From Macrostomum lignano (lineage: Eukaryota): a stretch of 64,000 nt of DNA. The translations under genes and the position numbers were made by a program. Below, piece after piece: positions 1-11,715 of the stretch. Where the stretch lies: positions 62,001 through 126,000 of the forward strand of contig NIVC01000858.1 of assembly GCA_002269645.1 (NCBI GenBank), in the 5' to 3' direction. Under the pieces are notes generated by a model that was given only the letters and a program-made list of their open reading frames with translations, was not told where the DNA came from and ran no database searches. Each line of letters begins with the position of its first letter. The stretch's first letter is position 1.

Positions 1-1164
1 GCTGGCTGCTCTCTCGTCTGCTGCAAAGCGGCTCTTGTGCAACATGCACGGCTGAGCTCTTGGAAACTCAAAATGCAAGTCCAGGAATGCTCTTTCTAGA
101 ACTAAAAAACATCAGTATTTCTGGTGGCGGTCTTCGCTTTCCCAGCTTAATACTCGTACAAGCAGTACTACGGATGGAACAAGCCCTTAGCAATTGCTGC
201 ATTGTACAGGACAGAATCAGAGCGAGGCATGGAATAGCTATCAGCTCTTGCGTGCAGCCAGTCGTTAAAGCGGCAGCTGCCTCAGTTCTGAAATTACACA
301 GTGATGAGCACACTGAGGAATGGCTGACCCGCCTATCGCTCTTATTCACACGCATGAGAGTGCACCACTGGCGCAAGGCGCAGCAGACGATCTTGCGCTC
401 CTCCAAAAAGCGGAGCGCTTCCGGTTTTTGCTCAGCTTCTGGCGACCAGCGCAAGCTGCGTCGTCTAAGTGCAACCTGATCAGAATCGGAACTTGAGTGC
501 ACCTTCTTAACTCATATAGCCTAATCACTCGTTTAATGTTTAGTGTTTAGCATTCGATGTTCAGTTTTAGTCTTAAATTTAGGTGGATTAATATATGGAT
601 TTACTTCAATCCAGCTAAAATAAATGTATATACTCGTACAAGTAACTTTATCATTATGTAGTTTTGAGCAAAATTCAAATGCTATTAGAACTTCAGCACT
701 AAGTAATGAAGATGGGCGGAATAATTTATATTACTTTTTTATTCTTCACCTCAGAAGTAATATCTATGGCTTTTTATTTCGACTTAAGATAAGCCAACTG
801 ATTGGGCATTCTGTTGTATTCTGTGGCTGCGCATGTCTGACGGTGAGCGTCGATCTTCTTCATTGAAGTTATAGGCGAATATTCTTCCACGGCGTATCGC
901 TCAGGTACTCGACAGACTTGCACAGGCTGGTTGCCTCCATAACACCTCGAATCTCTTTCCATGCCTTCTGCTCTGCTTGATATTCGCTTCGGAGTTTGGC
1001 TTGCGATGAGCGAAGGGAAGGAAGATCGCTGGAGCACCAAAAATCAGGCCTCACTGTTTTGTCTATGGCACAACCTCCTGCTAGCTTAGCAACTCATTTA
1101 GCAGTTCACTCATGAAACCAAACTTCAGAAACAGCTCAACAGCAGCTGCTAAGCGATCATGAAA

Positions 1165-1195
1165 TCGGTCCCAGGGTTCGATTCCTAGCTCCAAG
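1165..1195 (+). other. tRNA-like B-box remnant (possible SINE fragment)
   Basis: GGGTTCGATTCC at 1174-1185 matches the T-loop/B-box consensus. No A box or cloverleaf could be built. Confidence 0.25.
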
Positions 1196-1649
1196 CTCAA
1201 GGGCCAGTTGACACTCCTAAATCAGTCAAGAGCTGCTTTTTGGAATAATTTGTGTCTGGAAGACATCTCATCACAAACGGCAGGGAGTATTAGTACATTT
1301 CGAGTTTATTAAGGTACAGAGATGGCCAAAATTGACTGTTCGACATTGACAATGCCTTAGCAAAAATAATGGCTCAGCAGATCTATTGGCATTTTTATAA
1401 GCTTATTGACAGTGACTCCGAGTGGTTCGAGCCCTGAGTTCCAGTCATTGCACGCTGTCACATCAGCAGTAAATGTGCTCTCGGCCGCCGCCACAGCTCC
1501 AAAGCCCAAGGTGTCACCATCCAGGTGGCTCCGTCATTGAAGAAAGAAGCCGAGAGCCAAAAAGCTGTCGGCTGTCTCCTTTATTCTCATCATTCATCTC
1601 CTGCGCCTTTCTCAGAAAAGCAAAAAAATCGTTGAAATGCTAGAGGCAA

Positions 1650-2460
1650 CGCTTGGTGTCTTGATTTGCTTGGCAGAGTTCGCGCCAGAACTCCTGAATT
1701 CGTCGTTGGCGAACACCTCAACAGTCAAGGCGGCGTGATTCACTCGCCACCTAATTCCACGTCACCCAGCAGCAAATGGGGAGGTGGAAAGGTTCAATGA
1801 GACATCGCAGTAATCAGAAGGTCCAGAATTCTGGACGGATTCAGTTTCGAAGAGGAGTTGCAAATTTTGCTGCACGCCTACCGAACAACACCGATGAGAG
1901 CAGCAGGCGTAGCGCCAGCAAGCCTATTCTTTCGGTGGAGCGCGGACAAAACCGCTGTGTTGTGAATTGACGGGTTAACTTAATGACAGTTTTGTTCCGC
2001 TGGTATTTCCATACTATAAGTATGGTATAACGTAAATGCTAACTATATCTATATTATTATGGTCTTTTACATATACTACCCCCTTCAGTAGAGTGGTTGA
2101 TAAATAATCTGTATAATGTATTATTGATCATGTGACATCTCTGGCACATTGATTTATCGATAGTGTACTCGTAGTTTTGCTAGTGTGGATAAAATATAAA
2201 TAAAGCAGCTGAGCGCACCTTGCAAATTAACTTTGCAACTACAACTGGAAAGCCCAAGTCTTTGGCTATGCAACAAAAACTTCCTCAAATGAACGACCAG
2301 TTGGCGGGGCAGAAAGATAAAGACGCCGACTACACAAAAATGTCCAACTACGCTAATCGGAATGCTTGTGAGTGCGACATCAAAACAGGTGACCCAGTAG
2401 TGATTGAAAGGAAAGCAAGGACGCAACCGCCTGAAGACAAACTTCAGATTGCTGGGCCAC
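1650..2460 (+). mobile_element. Degenerate Ty3/Gypsy integrase fragment
   Basis: Manual translation gives HPAANGEVERFNET (about 1765-1805) and, after a frameshift, LLHAYRTTPMRAAGVAPASLFFR. After an insertion it continues KMSNYANRNACECDIKTGDPVVI. All are typical Gypsy integrase core and C-terminal motifs. Confidence 0.8.
1958..2243. mobile_element. Solo-LTR-like insertion inside the integrase fragment
   Basis: Starts TGTTG, ends ACTACA and has AATAAA near the 3' end. Flanks are GCTG/ACTG (4-bp TSD, 1 mismatch). Removing it plus one TSD restores the frame (..DKTA-GKPKSLAM..). Confidence 0.65.
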
Positions 2461-3777
2461 ACGAACACCACACCTGTTCTCAGATCTCAGCCCCAAGTGA
2501 CCCAACTCACGCCCATGGCCGCGGCTCTGGTCTCAACTGTGGCTGTTTGCAATTTGCGTAACAAAGCCCTAAATGTAGCTTAGGCTGGTGAGGAGAAAGT
2601 GGAGAACTATGGCTATAGAGTTGGATTCAGCTCCCTTTTGTTGACCACTGGTTTCGGGGTGAAAAGTTTAGCATGCTGCTGAGCGCCTGCGGTGAGCCTT
2701 GGAGTTTTTTGCTTCTAGCAGGGAAGGTGGACACCCGGCAGCTGCTTCAGCGGTGGCCAGCGGTCTCCATGGAGTGGTGGCTGCCCCTCTTTAGCGCGAA
2801 GGCCAGCAGTCGCAGACAGTGCCCTGCGAGGTGCATTGCTGAAAATTCGTTGACAAGTGGAGCACAATGCCTAAGGCCAGGTGTATGCAGATTCCATTGT
2901 GAGGACATGCTTTTCCAGTGGAATGAAGTTCCTGTTCATGTTTTGAGATGCAGTACCCCACTGCAGTTAAGGAAGCATAACTTTTGAAATGTTGATGATA
3001 TTTTCAAAATTCTTTCGCTGTGTCAATCGTAAGTAAAGCGGCTATGAAATATATTAGTTGCTATATTACTCTTGCTGGCTGTTGAAAAGAGTTATGTGAG
3101 ACTTTTTAGACACCACTTGCAAACTGGCCATACGCTGGCGGTACATTGGAAACCACCAAATGTCAACAACTGACTGCGATTCCAGGAAATTCCAGTTCAG
3201 CAAGAAACAAAACACTAAATACTCGCATGAGCGTACAAGTGAAGTGTCGGCAACTTAGGTCAATTATGAAAGCTTTTATTTTATTATTTGATCATGGGCC
3301 AAAGCTGTCTGCAGCAGGCATTACTTAAAGAAACTGCAAAAAGCAGCCAAATAAAATACTCGATAATCGTAATAAAGTTGCTCGTTCTATTTGCACGACA
3401 CAACTTCGTGCCTTCGCTAATTAACGATTCTGTCGGGACATTGTGAAATAATGGTGCTCCCCGGGAGAGGGAAAATGAGATACAGGCTGGGATGCTGTGA
3501 GTCGGGTTGGGTTGAAGTGTTATTAGAGCTGACGAAAAAGTCCTCTAGACATAAGTGATTATTTTCTACTTCTAGTAATATAGACAGAATGTGTGTCTAA
3601 CACTGAGAGAAAAAGAAAAAAGTAAAACTTTTGAAAGAAGTTTATCCACTTCCGTAACTACACATACATGTACATGGTTTCAGTTAAGTTCGGGTGCAAG
3701 AGAAAAATCTGTTATGAGTTGCGTGGGGCGAGTGAGAGAGAACTTTCAGTTGTGCACTCCTGCACTTCAGTAACAAA

Positions 3778-4686
3778 TCAAATTTTGCCTTGCTGCTTTA
3801 ACTGCTCATTCAGCCGCGCAATTTCCTCTTGCTGCTGGTCAATCTTCTCTTGTTGCTGGGCAATGAGTTCGTCCTTACTAAAGAACTCGAGCACACTTTC
3901 CAGCACCAGGGTGGCTTCCCCATTCAGGCAGATTGCCTTGTCGACGTCGGATTCCAGCTCCTTAGCGATCACCTGCAACTTGTTGGACTTCTCTCTGATG
4001 TCAGCAGCCATGCGTCGCATCTCTTTCACGCTGCGCGACGTATATTTGTCCACCGCCACAGCTCCCGCGCCACAGGCGGCACCAGCGATGGCGCCAGCAG
4101 CAACCCAAGCTGCTCCGCCGGTGAAGAAGCCGAGAGCCACAGCGCCAGCTCCGAGAGCAGCCAGGCCGACGGTGCCAGCAATTCCCCAGTTCTCGGAGCG
4201 GCTGGCTGCCCTGTCCTTCTCCTCAGACTGCTGCTTCAGCTTCTCCTCCAGCTTCTGTGCGAGCAGCTGTGAATCGCTGAAGCAGCCGATAAAATTGGTC
4301 AAGTTCTCAAAAGAAACATTGGAAGTGTTGTAAGTTGCTATGAGTTTCGGGCAGAGCTCTTGGATATAGCGCAAAGGAATTTCTTTCTTTCCTGAGAACT
4401 TTTTGTACACAAAGTACTCCAAAAGATTGAGATCGTGTCCAAATGTAGCGAGTTGTCTTTTAAGAATCGATCCGAACTCCTGCAGCTTTCGCAGCTTTTC
4501 TTTCAATTCATCCAGAAGCGGCTCACCGGACAGGTCAATTTTTGCCAGCTCAGCTGCATAGCGACCAGAGGCTTCAATGATTTCGGACAGCTCGTTAATT
4601 TTGGGTCCAAGCGACTTCACATTCTTGACAATGTCTGCAGTTCTCTGGATATCTTTTGCCAGTCTGTCCAGTGGGTCATCCGCCAT
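3778..4686 (-). CDS. Intronless 302-aa helical protein with Gly/Ala-rich hydrophobic hairpin (apolipoprotein L / alpha-pore-forming-toxin-like)
   Basis: Open ORF from ATG at 4686 (MADDPL..). Coiled-coil N-terminus, hydrophobic GIAGTVGLAALGAGAVALGFFTGGAAWVAAGAIAGAACGAGAVAV segment and coiled-coil C-terminus. TATAAA lies about 80 bp upstream. The family assignment is inference. Confidence 0.7.
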   Translation of the reverse strand: MADDPLDRLAKDIQRTADIVKNVKSLGPKINELSEIIEASGRYAAELAKIDLSGEPLLDELKEKLRKLQEFGSILKRQLATFGHDLNLLEYFVYKKFSGKKEIPLRYIQELCPKLIATYNTSNVSFENLTNFIGCFSDSQLLAQKLEEKLKQQSEEKDRAASRSENWGIAGTVGLAALGAGAVALGFFTGGAAWVAAGAIAGAACGAGAVAVDKYTSRSVKEMRRMAADIREKSNKLQVIAKELESDVDKAICLNGEATLVLESVLEFFSKDELIAQQQEKIDQQQEEIARLNEQLKQQGKI

Positions 4687-4763
4687 GACTAAACGGGATT
4701 TCACTGCCTAGCCAGTCAGCAGAAACTCCGGCTAGAGACTTTCTGTGCTTTGCGTTGAGCATC

Positions 4764-4769
4764 TTTATA
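4764..4769 (-). promoter_or_regulatory. TATA box candidate for the 3778-4686 ORF
   Basis: TATAAAG on the minus strand, 78 bp upstream of the ATG. Confidence 0.45.
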
Positions 4770-5190
4770 CTGAATTAGCTGCTGGGTCGGTTGCGCACAT
4801 CGGTACAAATGATGCCACAATGATGTGCACTGCAGCTGTCACATCGAGTCACAGAGTGCTGTGTACATAGGAAAAAACTGAAGTTCCCTTTCTCAGAGCG
4901 TACATTGTCACCGAGTGCATTGTGATAAACCTAATTCCCACAAATAATTTCTCTACCTAATGTAGTCAGAGCAAGATGCAAATAAGCCAACTTACTCTGA
5001 GCAGGATTTCTGACTTTCCCCGAGCACAATGAAGCCGTTTAAGTGCTGAGCGGCTCCGAATGGCCCTCTGTGCCTGCGGTTCGAGAGTTTTGGACGCATT
5101 TTTGTAGCGAGAAGCAAGACAAGCTGAGAATCTGTGTTGGGGCGGTGTACGGCAAACCGTGTCTTTAATGCACAATTGATGCAGCTCTTT

Positions 5191-5292
5191 TGTAAGAGAA
5201 ACTATGCGTCAAGAGAAACAGGGACGGAGACGGCGGACAGAGCCTCTGCTATTAAGCTAAGATTAAGAGTCTCGAGTTTCCAAACTGTAACA
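5191..5292. mobile_element. Short solo-LTR/TRIM-like insertion
   Basis: TGTAAG...TGTAACA termini flanked by a perfect 4-bp CTTT duplication (5187-5190 and 5293-5296). Confidence 0.5.
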
Positions 5293-5505
5293 CTTTAGCC
5301 TAAAGTACGCGCTATGAGGCAAGATTCAAATGCTTAGCATGCTCTGGAAGGTTTTAGGAGCGCAAAATTTAGTAGTGACCGAGCTGTGACTCTAGGAATG
5401 AACTCTGAGAGTCGGGAGTGAGTTAGACAGCATCAAGAGAAACTCTCCACCCCTCCACCAAGCGGAAGCAGTGAACCAGAAAACGTCAAGTTCGGACACC
5501 CTGGA

Positions 5506-7576
5506 TTGCAAATCCCGCGATTGGATCTTGCAACCGACAATTTAGACGATTTTGATGCAGGGCAAGCTACCCTAGAAGCTTATTTGGAGGCTATGGGCGT
5601 CCAGCATCTGGCAACTGATTCAGCAGACGTGACGGCACAGGAAAGAGCTAGCCGACGCACATGCATGCTGAACGCTTTTTCGTCTGCAAGATTCAGTAAG
5701 TACAAGAACTTACCATTGTCGGAGGCAGACTTCAAAGACCCCGAAAAGGTCATCTCCGCGTTTAGACAGTGCTGTGTGTGGGCTCAATCAGTGCCATAGA
5801 TATATGAGCCACCACAGTACTTTTATTTGTATAACGTATAAGCTCTGCAGAGCGAAATAAAAAGTAATTCGTTTAGCACTCGGCTTGAGCGCTGAAAATA
5901 TACAAGCATAAGACTCGCGTTACATTCACGACTCCGACTCCCTAGTGCTACATAACAGACAGCACCGACTGGGACAAGTAAACATCATTGTGGAGCGCAA
6001 CAGGTTCTGGAAAAGACACCAGAAAGACGGAGAACCCTTCAATGAGTATGTATTGGAACTCAGAGACTTAATGAGGACGTGTGCATTCTGCAAACATTCG
6101 GACGACCTGCTGCGGGACAAGATAGTGCTGGGAGTGAGCAGCACAGAAGCAATCAAAAAGCTACTATCGGAGCCGAAACTAACACTAGCTGGAGCCCTCG
6201 AAATTTGCAGAGCAGAAGAGGCATCGACAAAGCAAAGGGACGAAATCTGTGCATCTAACATTAACACAATAAAGAACGCTACAACAAGGTCATTGGCAAA
6301 AGTCAATTTCAAAAACCCCGACAAGAGAAGCACCAACGAAGTTCATCCCGACAGAGCGCTGCGAGACCAAAAATCAACGCTTCCGGAACATGCGGATTCT
6401 GTGGCAAGTCATGCCCAGCGAGAGACAAAACATGCTTCAGTTGTGGAAAGAGTGGCCATTTCGACTCTGTGTGCAGAAAAAGTGCATGAACAAGAGAGTT
6501 TCCACCATCATCGCACAAAGCACTCCAACGCTGGACGTAGACATCAGGGGCACCTCATTCTCTATGATGCCGGATACAGGCTCGAATATCGACGCCATCA
6601 GCGAAATCGACTTTCGAAGGCTCAAGATTGGCGCTCATGAGCTCAACACAGTTTGCGGTGGTTTACAGCCACCGCATTTACAAAATTCATGATCAGATGG
6701 GGTGTTGAAGTTTGCTACTCGTCGCCGTACTATCATCAAAGCAACGGCAAAGCAGAGGCGGCCGTCAAGACCACAAAGAAAATAATCAGGGGATCGTGGA
6801 ACGAAAAAATGAGTGACATTGACAAAGACCAACTAGCAAGCGGCATTCTGCAGTACAGAAATACGCCGATGTACGACGGTAGAGTTCCATCTATCATCCT
6901 GTTTGGACATCCTGCTAGAGATTCTCTACCAGCTCATAGAAAAAGCTTCGCACCGGAATTGTACAAAGCTGCGACTGAGATGGAGGCCAAAGCCGCCGAT
7001 AAACAGAATAAGGGGATGCGGAGCTACAACCGCTGCACAAGACCTCTGCCTGGCATCGGACGCGGATCAACAGTCACTGTCCAAAATCCGGTTACCAAGA
7101 AGTGGGACCTCCAGGGAAGAGTAGTGGAGGTAGGAAAATTTTGCGACTATAGGATTAAACTATCAAACGGCAGAATTCTGCGCCGAAACCGACGGTTTCT
7201 TAAGAAGCTGCGCCCGTTGACAACAACGGATTTCTCAAGACCTGATCTGTCAAAAACTCCTCAAGATACAATTCGATTGCCCGCGGATGAACCGATTGGT
7301 CCGACCAGAAGGAGTACCAGACCTACTCGCGGTGTTCCACCTCAGAGGCTCACGTATGATGAATTGGGCAACCCTGCTTAAGCCACAGGCATGAACTGAA
7401 GAGGGGAGGTGTTGGTAGTGACAAATCGCTTATGTTGAACTTTATACGAGTATTGTTGTCTATGTTAAAGCCTGCAGCGCGGCAGTTAAGTCGACCAGGC
7501 TCAGTTTTCATTTATATAATATACTCTGGCATACACTCGGCTCCAAATCAGAGCCTAACTATTCCATATACAAACA
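5506..7576 (+). mobile_element. Internally deleted Ty3/Gypsy LTR retrotransposon (gag, partial protease, integrase C-half, PPT, 3' LTR)
   Basis: Gag (VERNRFWKRHQKDGEPFNEYVLELR..CAF..LRDKIVLG), zinc knuckle CFSCGKSGHFDSVC, protease MPDTGSNIDAI and integrase SSPYYHQSNGKAEAAVK/LQYRNTP. PPT GAAGAGGGGAGG precedes TGTTGG at 7410, and the putative LTR ends CAAACA at 7576. No RT or RNase H, and no matching 5' LTR was found. Confidence 0.88.
5770..5957. mobile_element. 188-bp solo LTR inserted in gag
   Basis: TG...ATAACA with internal AATAAA and a perfect 5-bp GACAG TSD (5765-5769 and 5958-5962). Excision restores ..ISAFRQ-HRLGQVNIIVER.. in frame. Confidence 0.85.
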
Positions 7577-8600
7577 AGTGTCAGTTTACGAAAGATTGCG
7601 AGACCAGTTCATTTGCAGTGTTAATGAGAAAGCTCTGATAGCGAAGCTTCTGATCAAGGACCACGAGGAACTCAGTTTCAAGCAGGCCGTGGCCGAAGCC
7701 TTTTGCTTCGCTGAAAGGCACGCAAATCATGCAGTCGGCACCAGCCAGAAACAAGAAACTGTTACGAAAGTTGGACGGAAGTCATTTTCATCAGGGAAGC
7801 CTACGAGGAAGTTCTCCGGTTGGTCAGAGGCAGAGACAAAGAGTCGCTGTAACCGTTGTAGAGGCGAGCAGCACCCAAGACCCCAAAGTCCGGCCAATGA
7901 AAAATAATGCAGAAAGTGTGGTAAGCTGCATCACTTTGAAATGCAGGATTTGAAGGAAGTTCTATCCGTTTCTGATGCGCCAGTTGTGAAAGGAGCACAT
8001 CTTGCAGTATTGCTGAAGTGTGCGATCAAAGGTCAACTTAGGCTCATCAACTGTCAGCTCGATGCTGGTGCTTTCGTCTCTGGGCGGACATTGGCAGACC
8101 AGTTCTAGAGCCTAGCGATGCAGTTCTGATTGGATACTCTGTTACGAGCGTAGTAGTCACCGCTTTGACCTGCTGAGACAATTCACACTCCAGACAGTTT
8201 GGAATGGTAAATCCGCAAGTGTCAGGTATCAGGTCGCTAAATCCTACCGGAACTTTGCTCTTCTGGGACGCGACCGTTATCAAAATTGCCCTGCAGAATG
8301 TTACAATCGGGCACACTCGGGTACAGATGGATCAGTTAAAAGCTAAGCTTCAGCTGGTAGAAGGAGCTGTGTCGAAGTACATTAATGCGCGTCCTTGAGC
8401 TCCTTGAGCTTTGCATCGAAAGCAAAGCTCAAGGAGGGGATCGACGGTCTCAACAACAGTGATATCGTCAACCAGGTCAGTTTCTCCCAATGGGCCCTTC
8501 CAATCGTGCTCGTTCGAAAGGCAAACGGTGCTCTCAGGCGCTCGATTGTTTATATTATGCGGCTGAAACATACGCTCGAATTCATGGCTACTTGCTACAA
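7577..8600 (+). mobile_element. Second degenerate Gypsy element fragment (gag C-half, protease, RT start)
   Basis: ERLRDQFICSV..LSFKQAV, broken knuckle CRKCGKLHH, protease QLDAGAFVS and RT N-terminus IVNQVSFSQWALPIVLVRKANGALR. Contains stops and frameshifts. Confidence 0.75.
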
Positions 8601-8637
8601 CTGACCAGGCTATTCGTTAAGATTATTGAGACTCAAT

Positions 8638-8920
8638 ATTGGTGACAAGGATGACGAAAATCATCAAAGCATTCAACACGGTTCACCGGGTAGATTGGGA
8701 GCCGTGTATCAAGAGGTTCGGGATCAATGACAGCCCAATGCATCAGTTCTGACGAGCTCAATCGCCCAAATTTGTTGAGCTCTATTGGATCGGCAGCATA
8801 CCGTCTTCTATTTGAAGTAAGAAACACACTGGCTCCTACAAAGCATAGTGAAGCTGAATACAAGGATCTGAAAGACTACTTCGCTCCAGAACCGCTGATG
8901 ATCGCCTAACGACATAGGCA
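8638..8920 (+). mobile_element. Gypsy gag N-terminal fragment with PBS-like motif
   Basis: TGGTGACAAGG PBS-like motif, followed by ..VDWEPCIKRF and LLSSIGSAAYRLL..LAPTK..YKDL..YFAPEPLMIA, typical of a Gypsy gag N-terminus. Confidence 0.6.
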
Positions 8921-9112
8921 CTCATGAACTCTGCTGGGGACTGGCTTTTGCCCGAGCAGATAAAGTTAATTTTAACTGAATTAAAGTCGTAGACTATTTT
9001 ATTTGCCTGTACGAGCACATATCGTACCCAAAGCACAAGAGCCTAACTAAGAGCTCGTCGGAGTGAAATGAGTAAATAAATACGACTCAATCGAAAAGCG
9101 GACCTTGGCATA

Positions 9113-10460
9113 AAGAGGGGTGTCCCAAAATTAGTGTCACTTTTGCTTTCTGCATTTTTTTTCATATTGGTTGAGTAAGCGGCTTATTTTAGCTTTCATT
9201 CACCGAAAGTCCGATCTTCGTATGTACATCCTGCTCTAGGCAGCATGCATTTGTTTGCGCACTCTTGACCATAGAAATACACACGATGCAGTACTTTTAT
9301 GCTTGCGCAGAAGAATAGCATATGGAGCAGTGCAAATTCAGAATTGGAATGCTGCAGCAGCAGCAAGGCTTGTTCCAGGCATGGAGGCTAACATTCACTC
9401 AGCAGGACAGAGAAACGCGATTTTTACACTCTGGAGTCTCGGCCAGAAATGCCCCGAAATTCACGACAATCTGAAACGCATTCACGGTTCTGATGCCATC
9501 AGTCGAAGAACGGTCTACCCGTGGATAGAGCAGTTCGAGGCTGGCCGCCAGTGCGTTTCCAACTTGCCAAAAAGTGGACGCCCTTCGACTTCTGCATCCA
9601 AAGAGCTGCCTGACCGGATCTTGGATTTGCCGGAAGAAGATCCTCGCTGCACCATCCGGCAGATTTCTGACAGACTGAACGCCCCTAAATCCAGTGTGCA
9701 CCGCAGCATTGTTGGCAGCATGGGACTGGTGAAGCTCAGTGCTCGTTGGGTGCCGCGACTTCTAATGGAGGATTTGAAGAGACAGCGCATGGAGAGTTGC
9801 CAAGCAAACCTGGACCGTGCGAATCAGCTTGGATGGGAGAACTTCAGGTGATGAGACACCTCACCGGTGATGAGACATAGATCCCTCACTTCAATCCTCT
9901 CACCAAGTCGCAGTCCATGGTCTGGACAACGAAGGGATCGAATCCTCCGATCAAAGCACAGCAGCAACCGCATGCTCAGAAGATCATGACATCGGTTTTC
10001 TTTGATTGCCGCGGTCCTCTTACGATTGACTTCTTGGAGCCCAACACGACGGTCAACGCTGACCGTTATGTCCAAACCCTAAACAAACTTCGGCGAGACA
10101 TCAGGTCAACAGCCACTAATGCTGCTCCATGACAACGCCAGGCCACATACAGCCAGACGGACTCAGGAGGCTCTAGAGAAGCTGCACTTTAACATCTTGC
10201 CCCACCCACCATACTCGCCTGACTTGGCTCCGCTGGACTTCGCTGTGTTCCCCCGCTTGAAGCAACTGCTGCGAGGTCATGTCCACGAGAATCGAGACTG
10301 CATCCTGGATGCTGTGCGTCACACACTGGTGCATCAGATTCAGCCACAGTTTTATGCCGATGCAATTGATTCGCTTCGACAACGATGGCAGAAGTGCATC
10401 CAGCTGCACGGCGACTACGTCGAGAAGAGGACGGTGCCCACAGAAGATGATGAATAGAAG
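9113..10460 (+). mobile_element. Mariner (DD34D) transposon, inactivated
   Basis: TA plus a left-TIR-like AAGAGGGGTGTCCCAAAATTAGTGTC at 9113. Transposase from ATG 9381 shows the HTH, WVPRLL, GDET, HDNARPH and YSPDLAPLDF motifs across three frames to 10457. No right TIR is visible. Confidence 0.9.
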
Positions 10461-11661
10461 ATGATGAAATCTGTGCTTAGCCAGCAGACTTTGCATTGTA
10501 CTTTGATATACAAGATATCATCATATTTCTTCTGAGCCTGCCTCAAGTCAGCTTCAGTTGCAGTCTCATTCGGCTTGAAATTCTGCACCGGCATCTCATT
10601 CTCCGGCTAAGGAATCAAGAGCCATTTCTAAAAAATTCAACTTGTTTCTTCTTCTTTATCAGCATAAGCAGAATCGCGATTATTTTGATGAAGCCAGCCT
10701 TCAGCAATTCTCCCTTGCTTCTCAGGTTAATAATTTGGAAAATTGTCTTTTTTGACTTTGCAAGAACAGCTTTTTCTCATCGAGCGAAAGCTACCAGATT
10801 GTTACGCAAGAGGCAAGAAAATAACGCACTTCTTTTTCGAGCAATTTTCACCCACAGCCGCTTGAAGCTCACGGCATATTTAGGTGACGCTAGAACCGCA
10901 ACAAGGCTTTCATGTCAATCAAGGACCTCTTCCATAGCGATGAAAACAATTGTTGATCAAAAACAAGCTTCTCTTTCTTAAGCAAAAGCAAGATGGGTTG
11001 GGCAGAATTCTGGCTCGCTCTCGCAGCTCATCGGGAGTTGGTGGGTGAAACTCCAGAAGAAGCCAGGCTCCCCTGCCCTGCGCAGTCACATGCTTGAGCA
11101 CTGAGAGCAGAAAGCCGGGCTTCTCTGCAAAGCACTGCCTACCCAGTGCAGCAATCTGCAGTTGGTCTCTGGGGTTTTTCATGATAGCAAAGTAAGGCAG
11201 TGCTTTCTGTTCAAGCTCATTGTTCGCAACTCTTTTCCCCTGAAAAAATATTCTCTGGATCAGAATTGCCGGTACTAAAAAGCTCAGCAAGAGATGCGCG
11301 ACTGCAAATCTTCCAATCTACTCGCTACGAGCGTATTTTTTACCTGAGTTGACCTAAGAGTTGGCATGGCAGCTCTTGGTCTCAGTGAGTCTCAGTCACT
11401 CCTTTACCGGTAGTTCTTCTCATTCAAATTTCTAAAGGTTTTAACGGTTGAAGCCGAAACATCCTTAAATCTTAACTTGAAATCTGATAAAAATATTGGA
11501 ACAGGTTGATAAAGCCCAAAATGCAACCTGAAATTTTACAGCCATTTCATGGGCTGTATTGTTCTAGAAACTGTGAGCTATATCTGTAAAATAGTTCTGC
11601 CTCTTCTAAAATAACTCTGGCCCCGCAAGCCAATGGCATCACTCACAGAAAGCTGAATGCA

Positions 11662-11668
11662 TATAAAA
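11662..11668 (+). promoter_or_regulatory. TATA box candidate for the C-type lectin gene
   Basis: TATAAAA about 50 bp upstream of ATG 11716. Confidence 0.5.
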
Positions 11669-11715
11669 GCCATCAGCTCAATCAAGCCGCAGCAGAAGCA
11701 GCTCCTGCTGCAGCC

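Noticed and set aside
60-1054. Several ORFs that might be transposase remnants
   Set aside because: No diagnostic motif was recognised.
10496-11290. ORFs downstream of the mariner
   Set aside because: No recognisable domain in any frame. Possibly decayed repeat sequence.
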